Assembly (NCBI GenBank): GCA_963777505.1
Contig: CAVZQN010000005.1
Coordinates: 32,001 to 96,000, forward strand
Reading direction: 5' to 3'
Origin: an uncultured bacterium
GTDB lineage: Bacteria > Acidobacteriota > HRBIN11 > JAKEFK01
Length of the DNA: 64,000 nt
Shown here: in pieces, positions 49,322 through 61,546 of the stretch
Layout: each line of letters starts with the position of its first letter
Position numbering within the stretch: position 1 is the first letter of the stretch
The notes under the pieces: model-generated
Told to the model about the DNA's origin: nothing
Seen by the model: the letters and a program-made list of their open reading frames with translations, nothing else
The model's database searches: none
Program-made: the position numbers and the translations under genes

Positions 49322-50498
49322 ATGATAGATATCAAACTGAAATTCCACTTCGAAGTTCATCCCTGGTTTGATGTTTTTTTTGCGCTTCAAGCACTCACCG
49401 ATGAAAGTTCACGCATTCACGAAATCTGGAAACGGCGCGCACTGCAGCGCCTCCCCGCAAGCTTTCATAAGAAGCTCAACCTGATCGGCGGGTCGCCCTA
49501 TATATGGCCGGCGATAGCAGATTTGTTGCTGGATTTGCCTTTGAGCATTTCATTCGAGGACAGACTTTCTAGAATTTCGCGTGTGGCGTCGCAAGACCTT
49601 CAATGGGCCTTGTTTGATGGAATTTTTCACGAACCGGGGCCAGTGAAGACAGCTTCTATCCGGCAAGCTTGATCTGAATCAAACAATCACGCAGGTTTCA
49701 AAAACGAAACGTGAATGGCTTGCGTTTATCGGACTGTATCCACCGAAAAAATCATCTCCACTTTTTAAAGGGCTTGAGATGCTGCTTCGCAGTCCTGTGG
49801 AATTTAGAAAGATTGTTGCAGAGCTTGTCGAAACATTTTGGGACAAAGAATTCAAAGAAACATGGGAACAGATTTACAAAAAGCTTGAGCGATCGAAGGA
49901 AGAGAAAGAACGCTTATTTCAATCGTGCACACTTGAAGAATTCACGCATCACGCACTCTTGCGAGTTGAAATCGATGAACGGAAAGGCGTGTTAAAAGCA
50001 TTGCGCGGTGGTTATACGTTACCGCTAAAAAATCTGGCAGAAGCAATTATTTTGCCTTCGGCCTTCAACGATAAAAGGCACTGGACTTGTTACGACAAAG
50101 ATCCAGGGAAGGTGATTGCTTATTTTCCGTATTTCGATCCTTCAATTTCGTTAAGTTGGATAACGACAGGAAGAGGCGCTCCGATCGAGGAACCAGAACT
50201 AGATCCTGCTTTGATTTTTAAGGCCTTAGGAGACACAACGCGTTATGCGATGGTTTCGCTTCTTGCGAAAGAACCGCTTACTTCAGCTGATCTTGCGAAA
50301 ACTTTGAATTTGTCGCGGCCTACAGTCTCGCACCATCTTCATGTTCTTCGCGAGGCCGGGCTTATCGCTGAAAAAGCGCAGGGCAATGCATTGCTGCTCT
50401 CACTCCGAAATGAAGTTTTTCAAAATCTTTCTGACCTTGTAACCAGCAAACTATTTCAATCCACCAACATTGATTTGAAAAAAACGCGAAACAAATGA
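49322..50498 (+). CDS. Large ArsR/SmtB family regulator (C-terminal HTH), frameshifted near 49636-49647
   Basis: FKALGDTTR..LSRPTVSHHLHVLREAGLI; the frame continues upstream of 49779 to about 49647. Confidence 0.8.
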
Positions 50499-51325
50499 AT
50501 CCCGGAATCGGCAACGAACATCCATCAATCGAATATTACGATAGCGATTATCCATCGCCATTCGACACACTTTTTCCAGAGAACTTTGATCGTACTACGG
50601 AAGATCAGGGTCTCGCTTTTGATATTGAACGATACCGCGAACTTGTTCGTGAGGCCGGCGGACCTGTTCTCGAACTCTGTTGCGGTACAGGTCGGGTTGC
50701 AATCCCCCTGGCCCGGGACGGGTTTGATGTGACAGGCATCGATATCAATCCAGCAATGCTGGAGAAATTTCGTGACGCATTAAAGAACGAGGATCGATCG
50801 GTTTCTAACAGAATTGAAATCATCGAGCAAGATATTACAAAGCTGAACCGGGGTGAACCGCGATTTCAAATTGCGATTCTCGCTTTTAACAGTCTTCTTT
50901 GCATTCCAGATTTTGCCGGACAATGTGCGGCTCTCCGTTCGATTGCCGGTCAGTTGAAATCATCGGGAAAACTTCTGATCGATATTGTGAATCCACTCAA
51001 ACTCAAGATCGAAGGTGATTCCACACCCAGGCCCTTTTTCACAAGGAAGAGCAGAAGGACAGGGAACACCTACACACGTTTTGCAATGATGGGTCCATTC
51101 GATTCAGATCATAAGCAGCAATTGCATGGCTGGTACGATGAGATCCTTCCGGATGGTTCTGTAAAAAGGTTGCAGTATTCGCTTTATTGGCGTCCGATTT
51201 TCCGCTTCGAAATGGATCTCATGTTGCGTGAAGCCGGTATGCGCCTGCTTCAAATTGAAGGGGGCCATCGAAAAGAACCGTATACGGCACAAAGCCCAAG
51301 GATGTTTTTAGTTGCAGAAAAATAA
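50495..51325 (+). CDS. Class I SAM-dependent methyltransferase
   Basis: VLELCCGTGR, GIDINPAML; ATGA coupling to ArsR. Confidence 0.9.
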   Translation: MNPGIGNEHPSIEYYDSDYPSPFDTLFPENFDRTTEDQGLAFDIERYRELVREAGGPVLELCCGTGRVAIPLARDGFDVTGIDINPAMLEKFRDALKNEDRSVSNRIEIIEQDITKLNRGEPRFQIAILAFNSLLCIPDFAGQCAALRSIAGQLKSSGKLLIDIVNPLKLKIEGDSTPRPFFTRKSRRTGNTYTRFAMMGPFDSDHKQQLHGWYDEILPDGSVKRLQYSLYWRPIFRFEMDLMLREAGMRLLQIEGGHRKEPYTAQSPRMFLVAEK

Positions 51326-51327
51326 TA

Positions 51328-53490
51328 ATGAACTCCGCTATCTATTCCCTCATTCTACTGTTGTCTTTTTGCCCAGTGCTATTGGGCAGCGACGACTTTA
51401 TTACGCCGCCGCGCATCAATAATCCTCCGCGTATTGATGGAATTTTGAATGATGAAGTCTGGCAACGCGCATATGTAGTTTCAGATTTTCTTCAACGATT
51501 TCCCAGAGAAGGAGCAGTTCCAACAGAAAAAACTGAGATCAGGCTTTTATATACAACCACAGCTTTATATATCGGTTTTCGTGCGTATGACACGAGGCCG
51601 GAGAAAATTGTTTCATCCGTGTTCAAGCGGGACGATTTTGATCTGGTTCAAAATGATCAACTCGCATTCGCCATCGATTCTTACAATGATGAAAGAAACG
51701 GTTATTGGTTTTCTACCAATCCGCTTGGCGCGCGCGTGGATGCTCAATTTGGAAACGAAGGGGATCTTTGGGAACCAAACTGGAATGGAATCTGGGAATG
51801 CAAAACTCAAGTCGATAATCAAGGTTGGACTGCAGAAATCGAAATTCCTTTTTCGACGCTCCGTTTTCGCAAAGCCGATGCAAACATTATGGGCATTAAT
51901 CTCTTTCGCAGAATTATCCGCACAAATGAACAGATTTTTGCTCCGCTGATTCCTCTGCAACTTTCCAATGGAACACCGAATGTTTCTGCAGCCAGGAAAT
52001 ATCGCTTTGAAGGCATTGAGGGGTCCGATCATCTGTTTGTAAAACCGTATGGGCTCAGTGGTTTCACCGCAGAAACGGATAGTACGGAAATGGAAAACGA
52101 TGGCGGTGTTGATGTGCGTTATCAAGTCACAAACAACTTAATTTCCAATTTCTCACTCAACATGGATTTCGCGCAGGCAGATGTGGATGACCGCCAGGTA
52201 AACCTGACACGTTTTAGACTCTTCTTTCCTGAAAAGCGTGAATTCTTCCTGGAAAGCGCTAATAATTTTCTATTTGGAATTGCCGGTGAAACTGAACTTT
52301 TTTTTAGCCGAAGGATCGGTCTCTCTGAAGATGCTACAACGACTGTTCCAATTCTATTTGGCGGAAAACTTACCGGGAAACTTCACGGATTTGATATCGG
52401 CATCCTTGATGTTCAAACTCGATCCCAGGATTGCGATGATGAATTCGATTTCTGTACAGATGATCCCGCCGAAAATTTCAGCGTTATTCGATTAAAGGGT
52501 GGATTGGGTTCGCGATCATACATAGGAGGCATCATCACAAATCGCTGGGCCGATGAATTGTTTTCCAGTCAATCCTATGGACTCGATATGAATGTTCACC
52601 TTGGTAATGAGATCTTCCTGAGCGGTTTTGCGTCAGGAGTTCATTCTCCAAAAACTACAAACTTTTTGGATTCTTCAGCCTTCGATTTGAATCTATCAAG
52701 AGGCGGTGAGCGAACCTCATTCCGTGTCCGTTACACGGATATCGCAGCTGACTTTGATCCAGCAATCGGTTTTGTGCAAAGACCTGATACACGGCGTTTT
52801 CACGGCAACTTGTTTACGCCGTTTTACAGAAAACAGGGGAGATTGCTGAGCCTTACACCGGGTTATGAATTGATTCGCGAAGAAGATCACACCGGAATTC
52901 TCACATTTTTTGGACAGGAAGCATCCTTCAAAATTCTGTTTCAAAGCGAGGATCAATTTCGGTTGTTTGTAAATCGCGAAGAGGAATTTGTGCCTGAAGA
53001 CTTTTTCATTTTTCGTGATGTTGAAATTCCAAAGGGGAGCTACCTGGAGAATCGAGCCGGAATTGAGGTTTCGTCGAAACCTGGAAGGAACTTTTCCGGA
53101 ACACTCATTGTTTCTCAGGGTGGATTCTTTGGTGGCTCCCGGCTGGAATTGAGTCCGTCGTTGATCTGGAAAGTGAATAAACATTTTACTTTATCGCAAG
53201 CAGTTCAATCGAACCTTATTGAACTTGAGCAAGACAATTTTAATGTTTACGTCACTCGTACGAGAATTGCGTATTCTTTGAATACAAATTTTTCTGCTTC
53301 AGCGGTTTTGCAATACGACAATTCTTCGCAGGAATTCGGACTTAACTTCCGCGCAGGTTATTTGTTTAAAGAGGGAACCGAGCTGTTTGTCGTTTACAAC
53401 GAAATCATGGAAGAGAGTTTCGTGACTCGTCCAGTTGCTCGGCGTGATCGATCATTTCTAATCAAGTTCACTTACATGTTTAGGATCTAA
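51328..53490 (+). CDS. CBM9/DOMON-like + DUF5916 exported protein
   Basis: Signal peptide, [45 protein letters not shown]. Confidence 0.82.
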   Translation: MNSAIYSLILLLSFCPVLLGSDDFITPPRINNPPRIDGILNDEVWQRAYVVSDFLQRFPREGAVPTEKTEIRLLYTTTALYIGFRAYDTRPEKIVSSVFKRDDFDLVQNDQLAFAIDSYNDERNGYWFSTNPLGARVDAQFGNEGDLWEPNWNGIWECKTQVDNQGWTAEIEIPFSTLRFRKADANIMGINLFRRIIRTNEQIFAPLIPLQLSNGTPNVSAARKYRFEGIEGSDHLFVKPYGLSGFTAETDSTEMENDGGVDVRYQVTNNLISNFSLNMDFAQADVDDRQVNLTRFRLFFPEKREFFLESANNFLFGIAGETELFFSRRIGLSEDATTTVPILFGGKLTGKLHGFDIGILDVQTRSQDCDDEFDFCTDDPAENFSVIRLKGGLGSRSYIGGIITNRWADELFSSQSYGLDMNVHLGNEIFLSGFASGVHSPKTTNFLDSSAFDLNLSRGGERTSFRVRYTDIAADFDPAIGFVQRPDTRRFHGNLFTPFYRKQGRLLSLTPGYELIREEDHTGILTFFGQEASFKILFQSEDQFRLFVNREEEFVPEDFFIFRDVEIPKGSYLENRAGIEVSSKPGRNFSGTLIVSQGGFFGGSRLELSPSLIWKVNKHFTLSQAVQSNLIELEQDNFNVYVTRTRIAYSLNTNFSASAVLQYDNSSQEFGLNFRAGYLFKEGTELFVVYNEIMEESFVTRPVARRDRSFLIKFTYMFRI

Positions 53491-55186
53491 ACGTTTTTTC
53501 TATAATCTTCAATTCGATTTCTTTGCAGGATATTTCACGCATTTTGAATTTTTGGATTTTGCCTGTAACAGTCATTGGAAAGCTATCGGTAAAGCGCCAA
53601 TACCTTGGAACTTTGTAATGAGCAATTTTGCCTTGGCAATATGCGTGCAACTCTGTGGCTTCCACTTCGACTCCGTCTTTTAGAACCACCCAGGCCATGA
53701 CTTCTTCTCCGTAGAGTTCATCCGGAACGCCGATAACCTGGACGTCCTTGATTTTTGAATGTGAATACAAGAATTCTTCAATTTCTCTTGGATAAATATT
53801 TTCTCCACCGCGGATGATCATGTCTTTAGAACGGCCAACAATCTTCACAAAGCCTTCATCATCCATCACGGCAAGATCGCCTGTATGCATCCAGCGTGAA
53901 TGATCGATTGCATCAGCTGTGCCTTCCGGGTTGTTCCAATAACCAAGCATTACGATGTATCCACGCGAAAGAAATTCGCCAGTAACTCCGCGCGGAACTG
54001 TTGCGCCAGTAGAAGGGTCAATGATTTTACATTCAACATGAGGATGAGCGCGTCCAACGGTTGATACTTGTTTCTCAATTGGATCCTCAGGTTCGGTCTG
54101 ACAGGATACAGGCGAAGTTTCGGTCATGCCATAAGCAATCGTGATTTCATTCATATGCATGCGAGTCTTCACTTGTCTCATAACTTCAATGGGACACGGT
54201 GCTCCTGCCATAATCCCGGTTCGTAAACTCGTCAGGTCGTATGTATCAAAATCAGGAACAGCAAGCTCAGCGATAAACATAGTTGGCACACCATGCAGTG
54301 CTGTGCAACGTTCCTCCGAAACTGTTTTCATTGTCTGAACCGGATCAAAACCTTCAGAAGGCAAAACCATTGTTGCACCGTGCGTAATGCAAGCCAGATT
54401 TCCAAGCACCATACCGAAGCAATGATAAAAAGGAACGGGAATGCAGAGACGATCCTGATCAGTAAAGCGCATCCGTTCGCCGATGAAAAATCCGTTGTTG
54501 AGAATCGAATGGTGGCTTAATGTTGCGCCTTTCGGAAAACCGGTTGTACCGGATGTGTATTGAATGTTGATCGGATCATCAAAATTCAATTGCGATTGAC
54601 GGTTCTTGAGTTCATCATTCGAAATGTTTTCAGTGCGTGTCAAAATATCGGTCCAGGAAAAGGTTCCGTCAGCGGGTCTGGAGCTCAATCGGATTACAGT
54701 TCGTAGCTGCGGAATTTGCTTTGAATGCAATTGTCCCGGAGCGCATTGATTCAGCTCGGGACAAACCTCCCGAAGAATTTCTTCATAGTTAGAAGTTTTG
54801 AATCGTTCACAAATAATTAAGGCGGAACATCCGGATTGCCGGAGTGCATATTCTAATTCAGTGACACGATATGCAGGATTGATGTTGACAAGAATGGCTC
54901 CAATTTTTGCGGTTGCTAATTGCGTGACAATCCATTCAAAGTTATTGATCGACCAGATTCCAATTCGATCTCCTTTTGCAATTCCACACGCCATCAATCC
55001 CCGCGCGAAGCGATCACATATCTCGCGCAATTCTGCGTAAGTCAGCCGAACGTTTTGATGTCTTGAAATAACAGCCTGGTTGTGCGGGAACTGCTCAACT
55101 ATCCGATCAAAAAAGTCGCCAATTGTTGATCCAATCAGCGGAACTGTGGATGTTCCATGAGCATAGGATAGATGTTTCGGATCCAT
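53480..55186 (-). CDS. AMP-binding acyl-CoA synthetase
   Basis: [38 protein letters not shown]. Confidence 0.93.
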   Translation of the reverse strand: MDPKHLSYAHGTSTVPLIGSTIGDFFDRIVEQFPHNQAVISRHQNVRLTYAELREICDRFARGLMACGIAKGDRIGIWSINNFEWIVTQLATAKIGAILVNINPAYRVTELEYALRQSGCSALIICERFKTSNYEEILREVCPELNQCAPGQLHSKQIPQLRTVIRLSSRPADGTFSWTDILTRTENISNDELKNRQSQLNFDDPINIQYTSGTTGFPKGATLSHHSILNNGFFIGERMRFTDQDRLCIPVPFYHCFGMVLGNLACITHGATMVLPSEGFDPVQTMKTVSEERCTALHGVPTMFIAELAVPDFDTYDLTSLRTGIMAGAPCPIEVMRQVKTRMHMNEITIAYGMTETSPVSCQTEPEDPIEKQVSTVGRAHPHVECKIIDPSTGATVPRGVTGEFLSRGYIVMLGYWNNPEGTADAIDHSRWMHTGDLAVMDDEGFVKIVGRSKDMIIRGGENIYPREIEEFLYSHSKIKDVQVIGVPDELYGEEVMAWVVLKDGVEVEATELHAYCQGKIAHYKVPRYWRFTDSFPMTVTGKIQKFKMREISCKEIELKIIEKTFRS

Positions 55187-55193
55187 ACTGTAC

Positions 55194-58100
55194 TTAGCGT
55201 ATTTGCGGTAAAAGTTCTTCAAAACACGTACCAAGAGCAACGATCAATTGATCCCCATCCATTTTTGAAAAAGGCATTGGTGGGCGGATTTTGAGAACGT
55301 TATGGAAAGGGCCATCGGTGCCGAGCAAGACTCCGAGTTCGCGCATACGATTCACTATGTATGACGCTTCCTCGCTTGCCGGTTCAAGAGTTTCACGATT
55401 GCGAACCAGTTCTACTCCAAGGAAAAGACCGGAGCCGCGCACATCGCCAATCAACGGATAGTTCAGTTGCAGCTGTTTCAACTGTTGCAGCATGTAGGAC
55501 CCAACATTTAATGCATGATCTTGAAGTTTTTCTTCCAAAACAATTTTAAGAACGGTCAATCCGATTGCACACGAAACAGTGTTGCCGCCGAACGTGCTGA
55601 AAAACTCCATCCCATTATCAAAGGACGCTGCAATTTCTTTTGTTGTAACTACAGCACCGATCGGATGTCCGTTGCCGATAGGCTTTCCTAAAACAACAAT
55701 GTCAGGCACGACGTTTTGTGATTGAAATCCCCAGAAGTGTGTGCCGATACGTCCGTAGCCTGTTTGTACTTCATCTGCAATACAAACTCCGCCTGAATCT
55801 CGCACGCGTTTATATACTGCTGAAAGATAACCATCCGGAAATAAGATTTGTCCACCGACACTCGGACAGGATTCAGCAAGAAATCCTGCAATCCCTTTAT
55901 TTGTCCGAGCAATTATTTCAGAAATTTCCGCTGCATGGTTTTCAATGGTTTTTTTATTACGATACGGATCTGCAAGTGAAGCAACATGAACCCAATCGGG
56001 TGTGCCTTCGCCGCCTGGGCCATTGTGTTTATAGGGGCTTATGTCGATCAAAGTTGTGGTTATACCGTGATAAGCAGCATCGAGGACTATCATGTCACGA
56101 CGTTTTGTGTGAGCACGCGCAAGCCTGATTGCAAGTTCGTTTGCTTCGCTTCCGGAATTTACGAAAAAACAAACACGTAATGGTTCAGGAAGCGTGCTAC
56201 ATAATTGTTCCGCATACAGATTGATCAGATCATGCAGGTAACGCGTATTCGTGCTTAAAACATTCATTTGTTGTTGCGCAGCTTTTACGACACGGGGATG
56301 GCAATGACCAACATGCGGAACATTGTTGTAAGCATCGAGATATTTCTTTCCATTTTCATCGTACAAATACTGCATCCAGCCGCGAACAATCTTGACAGGA
56401 TTACGATACGAGAGCTTTACGTTTGCGCCTATTGCATTTTTGCGATCCGCGAGAGTCTCTCCCTTCGATGCTTCGGAAATGGGAAGTTTCAAAATCAAAT
56501 TTGGATCGGGTGAGAAGGCAGACCAGACTTCGCGTTCGCTCGCACGAAAAACACCGGGAAAATCGCAATCAAGTTCCAGCGGATCCAGGATGATTTGAAG
56601 ATGCAAATGAGTAGGCCATCCACCATTCACATCTTGTTCGCCGATGGTTCCCAGCTGTTCACCGGCAGAAATTTGTTTCCCAACTGAAAAGCTCGCAAGT
56701 GATTCAACATTGAGATGCCCATACAAGACATAAAAAGTATGCCCAGCATTCGTTGAATGTTTCAAAATCACAAGAGCCCCATAATCCTGAGGCCCTGTGT
56801 TGTTCGCAAATGCATGTACTTCACCGTCAAGTGGTGCAAATACTTTCGTGCCTGGTTCTGCAAAAAGATCCATTCCCATGTGGATCGTACGTCTTTCAAG
56901 CGAGGGGTGTGTGGATGCAAAAACTTCTGATGTATAGAGATTGCGCGGCTCATTGTATCGTCCGACTGCCACACGAACATTCGCGGAGTTCTTTTCCTGC
57001 AAAATGCGTTGACCTAATTGGGTTGCTTCATTCTCGAGTGCATTGCCGCTGAGAAGAGGGCTTGAATAACTTAAATCCAACACAATGAAGGGTTCTTTAT
57101 GCAAATCAATATCTAATACAGATCGGAAAGAATTTGCGTTGAGCCAATCACAAATAGCTTTAACATTGCGCAACGCAGGTAACCCGCAGGCATGTCGTAA
57201 TGTCGCTTCTGCAAATCTTGGATGGATCTTACTTATTTGAGGCAAAGTATTACGGATTGAGCGCTGACTGATCGTTAGATATTCATCATTCGGCCGCTGC
57301 TTTTGTTGATCTGCTGCGATGCAAATGCTCATACACAACCGTAGGCAAACAAATCCCCACAGTGACGAAAGTTCAGCTTCAGTTAGCGGATAAACCTGAT
57401 GATAACCGCGGACGATGATTGCGGCTGTTTCAAGTGGATCCGGTTTGTTCAGGATTGCATACGCAATTGCGATAGCCAGATTGCAGACAGTATAGCTGTA
57501 AACCATATCGCCGAAATCAAGAATTCCAACAATCTTCTGGTTTCGGGTGAACAAGTCATTTCCACCGCCTGCAAGAATATTGTGATCATTTGCGTCATTG
57601 TGAATGATGCTACGGCGCAGAGACTTGATGTTGGGCAGCGTTGTGCGTTTAAATTCCGTTGCTAATGTGTTCACAAGATCACGGATTGGTGGATCTTCGA
57701 TCAGCGCTTCATATTGATTGATAATCTGTAATCCGTTTGCGAGGTCCCAATAAAAATCGCGATGGAGGGAAGGATGATCAAAATCCGCGAGGGCATGATC
57801 AAGCGTTGCAACCGCACGTCCAAGATCCTCAAGTAAATCAGGTGAATGCCGTTTGACATTCGCGAGTGGAATGCCATCCAGATAATGCACTAAACGAACG
57901 AGGTGGGATTGTCCATCTTTCGATGTAGTTTCAACCGCGAATTCACCGGTCCGCGCTTTTACGATGCGAGGACACAGATCCGTATGTTTAGAAAGATGAA
58001 TCAGGGCTTGATTCTGTGCTTCCAGCAATCCGCGATCATCAGCAGAGCTTGAAATTTTTAGTACATACTTTTTGCCATCATCTGCTTCCAGCAAAAAGTT

Positions 58101-58211
58101 CTGATCTCTCTCGCTGGGCAATGGCTGCGCTGTTGCTCGAATGCCATAAAGCTGTAGTGTGAGGTTAAGAGCATCCTCCATTGTGAAACGTGGAGCATTT
58201 TGCAAATTCAT
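55194..58211 (-). CDS. Phosphotransferase (APH/hydroxylysine-kinase-like) + M23-like + class III aminotransferase fusion
   Basis: [14 protein letters not shown] and DFGD; HMGMD..YGHL..HLH; [16 protein letters not shown]. Confidence 0.9.
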   Translation of the reverse strand: MNLQNAPRFTMEDALNLTLQLYGIRATAQPLPSERDQNFLLEADDGKKYVLKISSSADDRGLLEAQNQALIHLSKHTDLCPRIVKARTGEFAVETTSKDGQSHLVRLVHYLDGIPLANVKRHSPDLLEDLGRAVATLDHALADFDHPSLHRDFYWDLANGLQIINQYEALIEDPPIRDLVNTLATEFKRTTLPNIKSLRRSIIHNDANDHNILAGGGNDLFTRNQKIVGILDFGDMVYSYTVCNLAIAIAYAILNKPDPLETAAIIVRGYHQVYPLTEAELSSLWGFVCLRLCMSICIAADQQKQRPNDEYLTISQRSIRNTLPQISKIHPRFAEATLRHACGLPALRNVKAICDWLNANSFRSVLDIDLHKEPFIVLDLSYSSPLLSGNALENEATQLGQRILQEKNSANVRVAVGRYNEPRNLYTSEVFASTHPSLERRTIHMGMDLFAEPGTKVFAPLDGEVHAFANNTGPQDYGALVILKHSTNAGHTFYVLYGHLNVESLASFSVGKQISAGEQLGTIGEQDVNGGWPTHLHLQIILDPLELDCDFPGVFRASEREVWSAFSPDPNLILKLPISEASKGETLADRKNAIGANVKLSYRNPVKIVRGWMQYLYDENGKKYLDAYNNVPHVGHCHPRVVKAAQQQMNVLSTNTRYLHDLINLYAEQLCSTLPEPLRVCFFVNSGSEANELAIRLARAHTKRRDMIVLDAAYHGITTTLIDISPYKHNGPGGEGTPDWVHVASLADPYRNKKTIENHAAEISEIIARTNKGIAGFLAESCPSVGGQILFPDGYLSAVYKRVRDSGGVCIADEVQTGYGRIGTHFWGFQSQNVVPDIVVLGKPIGNGHPIGAVVTTKEIAASFDNGMEFFSTFGGNTVSCAIGLTVLKIVLEEKLQDHALNVGSYMLQQLKQLQLNYPLIGDVRGSGLFLGVELVRNRETLEPASEEASYIVNRMRELGVLLGTDGPFHNVLKIRPPMPFSKMDGDQLIVALGTCFEELLPQIR

Positions 58212-58266
58212 ATAAATAGTATGAACCACAAAGGCTCAAAGCGCCTCAGCGACTCTGCGGTTCATG

Positions 58267-59340
58267 TTATCCGGAAATCACTTCATCCTTTAATGACTGC
58301 ATATCGATAACAAACCGATACTTAACATCACTCCGCAGCAGACGGTCATAGGCTTCATTCACTTGCTGAATCTTGATCATTTCGATGTCACAGGCGATAC
58401 CATGATCGGCGCAGAAGTTCAGCATCTCTTGAGTTTCGAGAATTCCACCGATTGGCGAACCGGAAAGGTTTCGTCGTTTGAAGATTAAGTTGAAAGCTTT
58501 AATAGGCGATGGTTTTTCAGGAGCGCCGACAAGTGTTAGTGTTCCATCACGTTTGACTAACTCAAGATAGGCATTGATATCATGTGCTGCGGAGACCGTG
58601 TCAAGAATGAAGTCAAAACTGTTTGCATGTTTCAACATTTCATCAGGATTCTTTGAAATAACAACTTCGTGAGCTCCAAGACGTATTGCATCCTCAGTTT
58701 TGCCGGGTGAAGTTGTAAAGAGTACAACCCTTGCGCCAAATGCATTTGCGAATTTCACTGCCATATGACCGAGACCACCAAGGCCCACAACACCAACTTT
58801 TTTTCCTTCGCGAACATTCCAATGCCGCATAGGTGAATACGTTGTGATGCCTGCACACAACAACGGTGCTACTGCTGCAAGATTCTTAACTTGAGGCACC
58901 TTCAATACAAAGGCTTCATCGACAACAATACTTTCGGAATAACCTCCGAGTGTTTTTCCGCCAAGATGTTTATCATCAGCGTTATACGTAAAAACAACAT
59001 TATCGCAAAATTGTTCCTGCCCTTCACGGCATTGAATACACGTACGGTCGGAATCAACCATACAGCCAACAGCAACAAGATCGCCTTCCTTAAATTTTTT
59101 AACGCTGCTTCCAACTTTGACAGCGCGACCGACAATTTCATGACCCGGCACACAAGGGTAAACGGTAGGTAAACCGGCCTCTTCCCACTCATTTCGAACC
59201 TGATGCAAATCGGAATGACAGACACCACAATATAGGATTTCAATTTGCACATCTTGCGCACCTGGATCGCGTCGTTGAATCAATCCCGGAGCCATTGGTG
59301 AAGATTCGCCCTTCGATATATATGCTTTGCTCGTTTGCAT
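58267..59340 (-). CDS. Zn-dependent NAD(P) alcohol dehydrogenase (CAD-like)
   Basis: CGVCHSD, GHEIVG, GLGGLGH, KYRFVID. Confidence 0.93.
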   Translation of the reverse strand: MQTSKAYISKGESSPMAPGLIQRRDPGAQDVQIEILYCGVCHSDLHQVRNEWEEAGLPTVYPCVPGHEIVGRAVKVGSSVKKFKEGDLVAVGCMVDSDRTCIQCREGQEQFCDNVVFTYNADDKHLGGKTLGGYSESIVVDEAFVLKVPQVKNLAAVAPLLCAGITTYSPMRHWNVREGKKVGVVGLGGLGHMAVKFANAFGARVVLFTTSPGKTEDAIRLGAHEVVISKNPDEMLKHANSFDFILDTVSAAHDINAYLELVKRDGTLTLVGAPEKPSPIKAFNLIFKRRNLSGSPIGGILETQEMLNFCADHGIACDIEMIKIQQVNEAYDRLLRSDVKYRFVIDMQSLKDEVISG

Positions 59341-59473
59341 TTTGCATTCCTCCTTTCAACAATAAATGTAACAATTTAACTTGAATGGGGCACTAACAAA
59401 TTGCGCCAATGAACTCGCAAAACGCGCCATGTGGATTACTCCAAGGATGCAAAGCTGATAGAATCTCCGGGCT

Positions 59474-61468
59474 ATGACGAGGTGGAATTCAGGAAAACTG
59501 GCGTCGATAATTTTCTTGATCGCACTCACTTTTTACATTTACACGATGGCTCCCGTTGTAACATTCGTAGACAGCGGGGAACTCGCCGCCGTTGTTGGAA
59601 CTCGCGGAGTTTCGCATCCTACAGGATTTCCTTTATATTCTCTGCTAACTTCCCTTGTTGCCGCCGTTCCGGTCGGATCATTGATCCGTCGATTGAATTC
59701 ATTTTCAGCGCTCTGTGCAGCAATCAGCGTTGCTATGACTTATCTGATTTTTCAGAAAATCCTCAAGGACGTTTCGTCAAAGAAAAGGAAAACGAAAAGT
59801 AAATCTATTGGATTGCCTCTGGTTGAGATGGCATGGGTGGGCTCATCAGCTGCAGCATTCGCATGGATGACGAATCGCGCTTTATGGAGCACTGCAACCG
59901 TGACGGAAGTTTATGCTCTTCACGCAATGCTCCTGACGATCTTTTGTTTCTTACTGATTTCGTACTCCAGGAGCATTGAGCCCGCATCCACAAAGTATTT
60001 AGCTTTAGCATTTCTGATCGCAGGATTGGGAATCTCAAATTATCCCCCTTTTGCAATTCTTGCGCCTGCTGTTCTGTTCTATCTATATAAGAAGCGGCCT
60101 TCATCGATGAAATGGAAAAACATGCTATGGATGTGTGGTCTGTTCGCAGGCGGATTGCTTCCTTATATATTGCTACCCATCCGCGCTAATTCTGACCCGC
60201 TACTGAATTGGGGAAACCCTTCTAGCTGGGAACTCTTTTGGAATCATGTTTCGGCAGCACAATACAAAATCTTTCTAGGCAAACCAAACTTTGCACACCT
60301 TTCAGATGCAATTCTTCTGTGGTGGGATCAGTGGCCCGTACCAATTTGGCTGTTAATGGTTTCTGGAATTGTTTTTATTTTCAGAATGAGACGCGATGAG
60401 TTTTTTTTCACATTCATTATAGGGATTACAAATATCCTCTATGTTTTAAGTTATGACATCGTAGATGTTTCGAGCGCCCCAAGCGATTATTATGCATATC
60501 TTTTGCCTCTGTGCTGCGTAAGCTCCATTTGGATCGGCGCAGGGGTACAGTGGATTGTTGTAACGATCCAAAAACTTTCGATCAATCCTCAAATAGTGCG
60601 TACTATATGTATAGTACTATTAATTGGAATCCCTGTTGGCACAGCCGGGGCTTTTTGGGGGCAGTCCAATCGGCGGCAATATGTTTATGCTGATGACTTT
60701 GCTCGCAGCATCCTTGTGTCATTGCCTCGCAATTCACTTGTGCTCACACATGATTGGACCTTCGTTTCACCGGCATTGTATCTACAACATATTGAACAGG
60801 TTAGACCCGATGTGGTTGTTCTCGATACAGAGCTTTTGCGCCGTAGCTGGTATTTCAAATATGTGAAAAAAGTAGCCCCATGGCTGCTTCAATCAAACGA
60901 ACGGCAAATTTCAGCATTTGTGGCAGAGCTTGCAAAATATGAATCGGGTATTCCGTACGATGCTAATTTGATAACCGAAAAATATGTAGCGATGATCAAT
61001 GGTTTTGTCTCTACAAGCCTTTACGATCAACATCCTGCACACATTCTTTTGAACCTGGAAGCAAAAGAAGCCGATCCGCAAACATTCAGAGAATGGGAAC
61101 GATCGTTAGGTAGACCTCCATTTATTACACTTGGCGTAATGCCAAATGCAATCGGGGCAGGCTATCAATGGGTTCCCGAAAGTCTTGCGTTCAGACTCTA
61201 TGCAGACAACAAAATCCATTCTTTGCAGCCAATAACTGTACCTCCACGATCGATTGATCAAAGCCGTGAATATGATCCTGTTACGCGCGGAGTATTTGCT
61301 CGTTATGCGGAATTCTGGAGATGGCGTGGTGATTATTTGAGGTCTCGCCAGAATTGTACTGACGCAATAGAAAGTTATGAACGCGCGAGGCAAATCTTGC
61401 CTGAACTGAAGGAAGTGTCTGAAGGCTTAAGTGTTTGTGTTGAAACACTTTTGACAAACGAACAATAA
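59474..61468 (+). CDS. DUF2723 / TMEM260-like membrane glycosyltransferase
   Basis: DSGEL, HPTGFPLY, TEVY, LNWGNP; multiple TMs; terminal TPR. Confidence 0.85.
   Translation: MTRWNSGKLASIIFLIALTFYIYTMAPVVTFVDSGELAAVVGTRGVSHPTGFPLYSLLTSLVAAVPVGSLIRRLNSFSALCAAISVAMTYLIFQKILKDVSSKKRKTKSKSIGLPLVEMAWVGSSAAAFAWMTNRALWSTATVTEVYALHAMLLTIFCFLLISYSRSIEPASTKYLALAFLIAGLGISNYPPFAILAPAVLFYLYKKRPSSMKWKNMLWMCGLFAGGLLPYILLPIRANSDPLLNWGNPSSWELFWNHVSAAQYKIFLGKPNFAHLSDAILLWWDQWPVPIWLLMVSGIVFIFRMRRDEFFFTFIIGITNILYVLSYDIVDVSSAPSDYYAYLLPLCCVSSIWIGAGVQWIVVTIQKLSINPQIVRTICIVLLIGIPVGTAGAFWGQSNRRQYVYADDFARSILVSLPRNSLVLTHDWTFVSPALYLQHIEQVRPDVVVLDTELLRRSWYFKYVKKVAPWLLQSNERQISAFVAELAKYESGIPYDANLITEKYVAMINGFVSTSLYDQHPAHILLNLEAKEADPQTFREWERSLGRPPFITLGVMPNAIGAGYQWVPESLAFRLYADNKIHSLQPITVPPRSIDQSREYDPVTRGVFARYAEFWRWRGDYLRSRQNCTDAIESYERARQILPELKEVSEGLSVCVETLLTNEQ
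60600..60620. repeat. AT-rich double palindrome, copy 5, inside a CDS
   Basis: GTACTATATGTATAGTACTAT, identical to 21637-21657. Confidence 0.65.
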
Positions 61469-61546
61469 GATCCGGCGCGTTTTTTGTTGAACAATTCATA
61501 CCATTCTGTTATTCTCACTTCCAACAAATTAGTGGAGGACAGGGAT

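Noticed and set aside
59386-59404. Possible sigma54 promoter (GGCAC...TTGC)
   Set aside because: GG-to-GC spacing does not fit the -24/-12 consensus.
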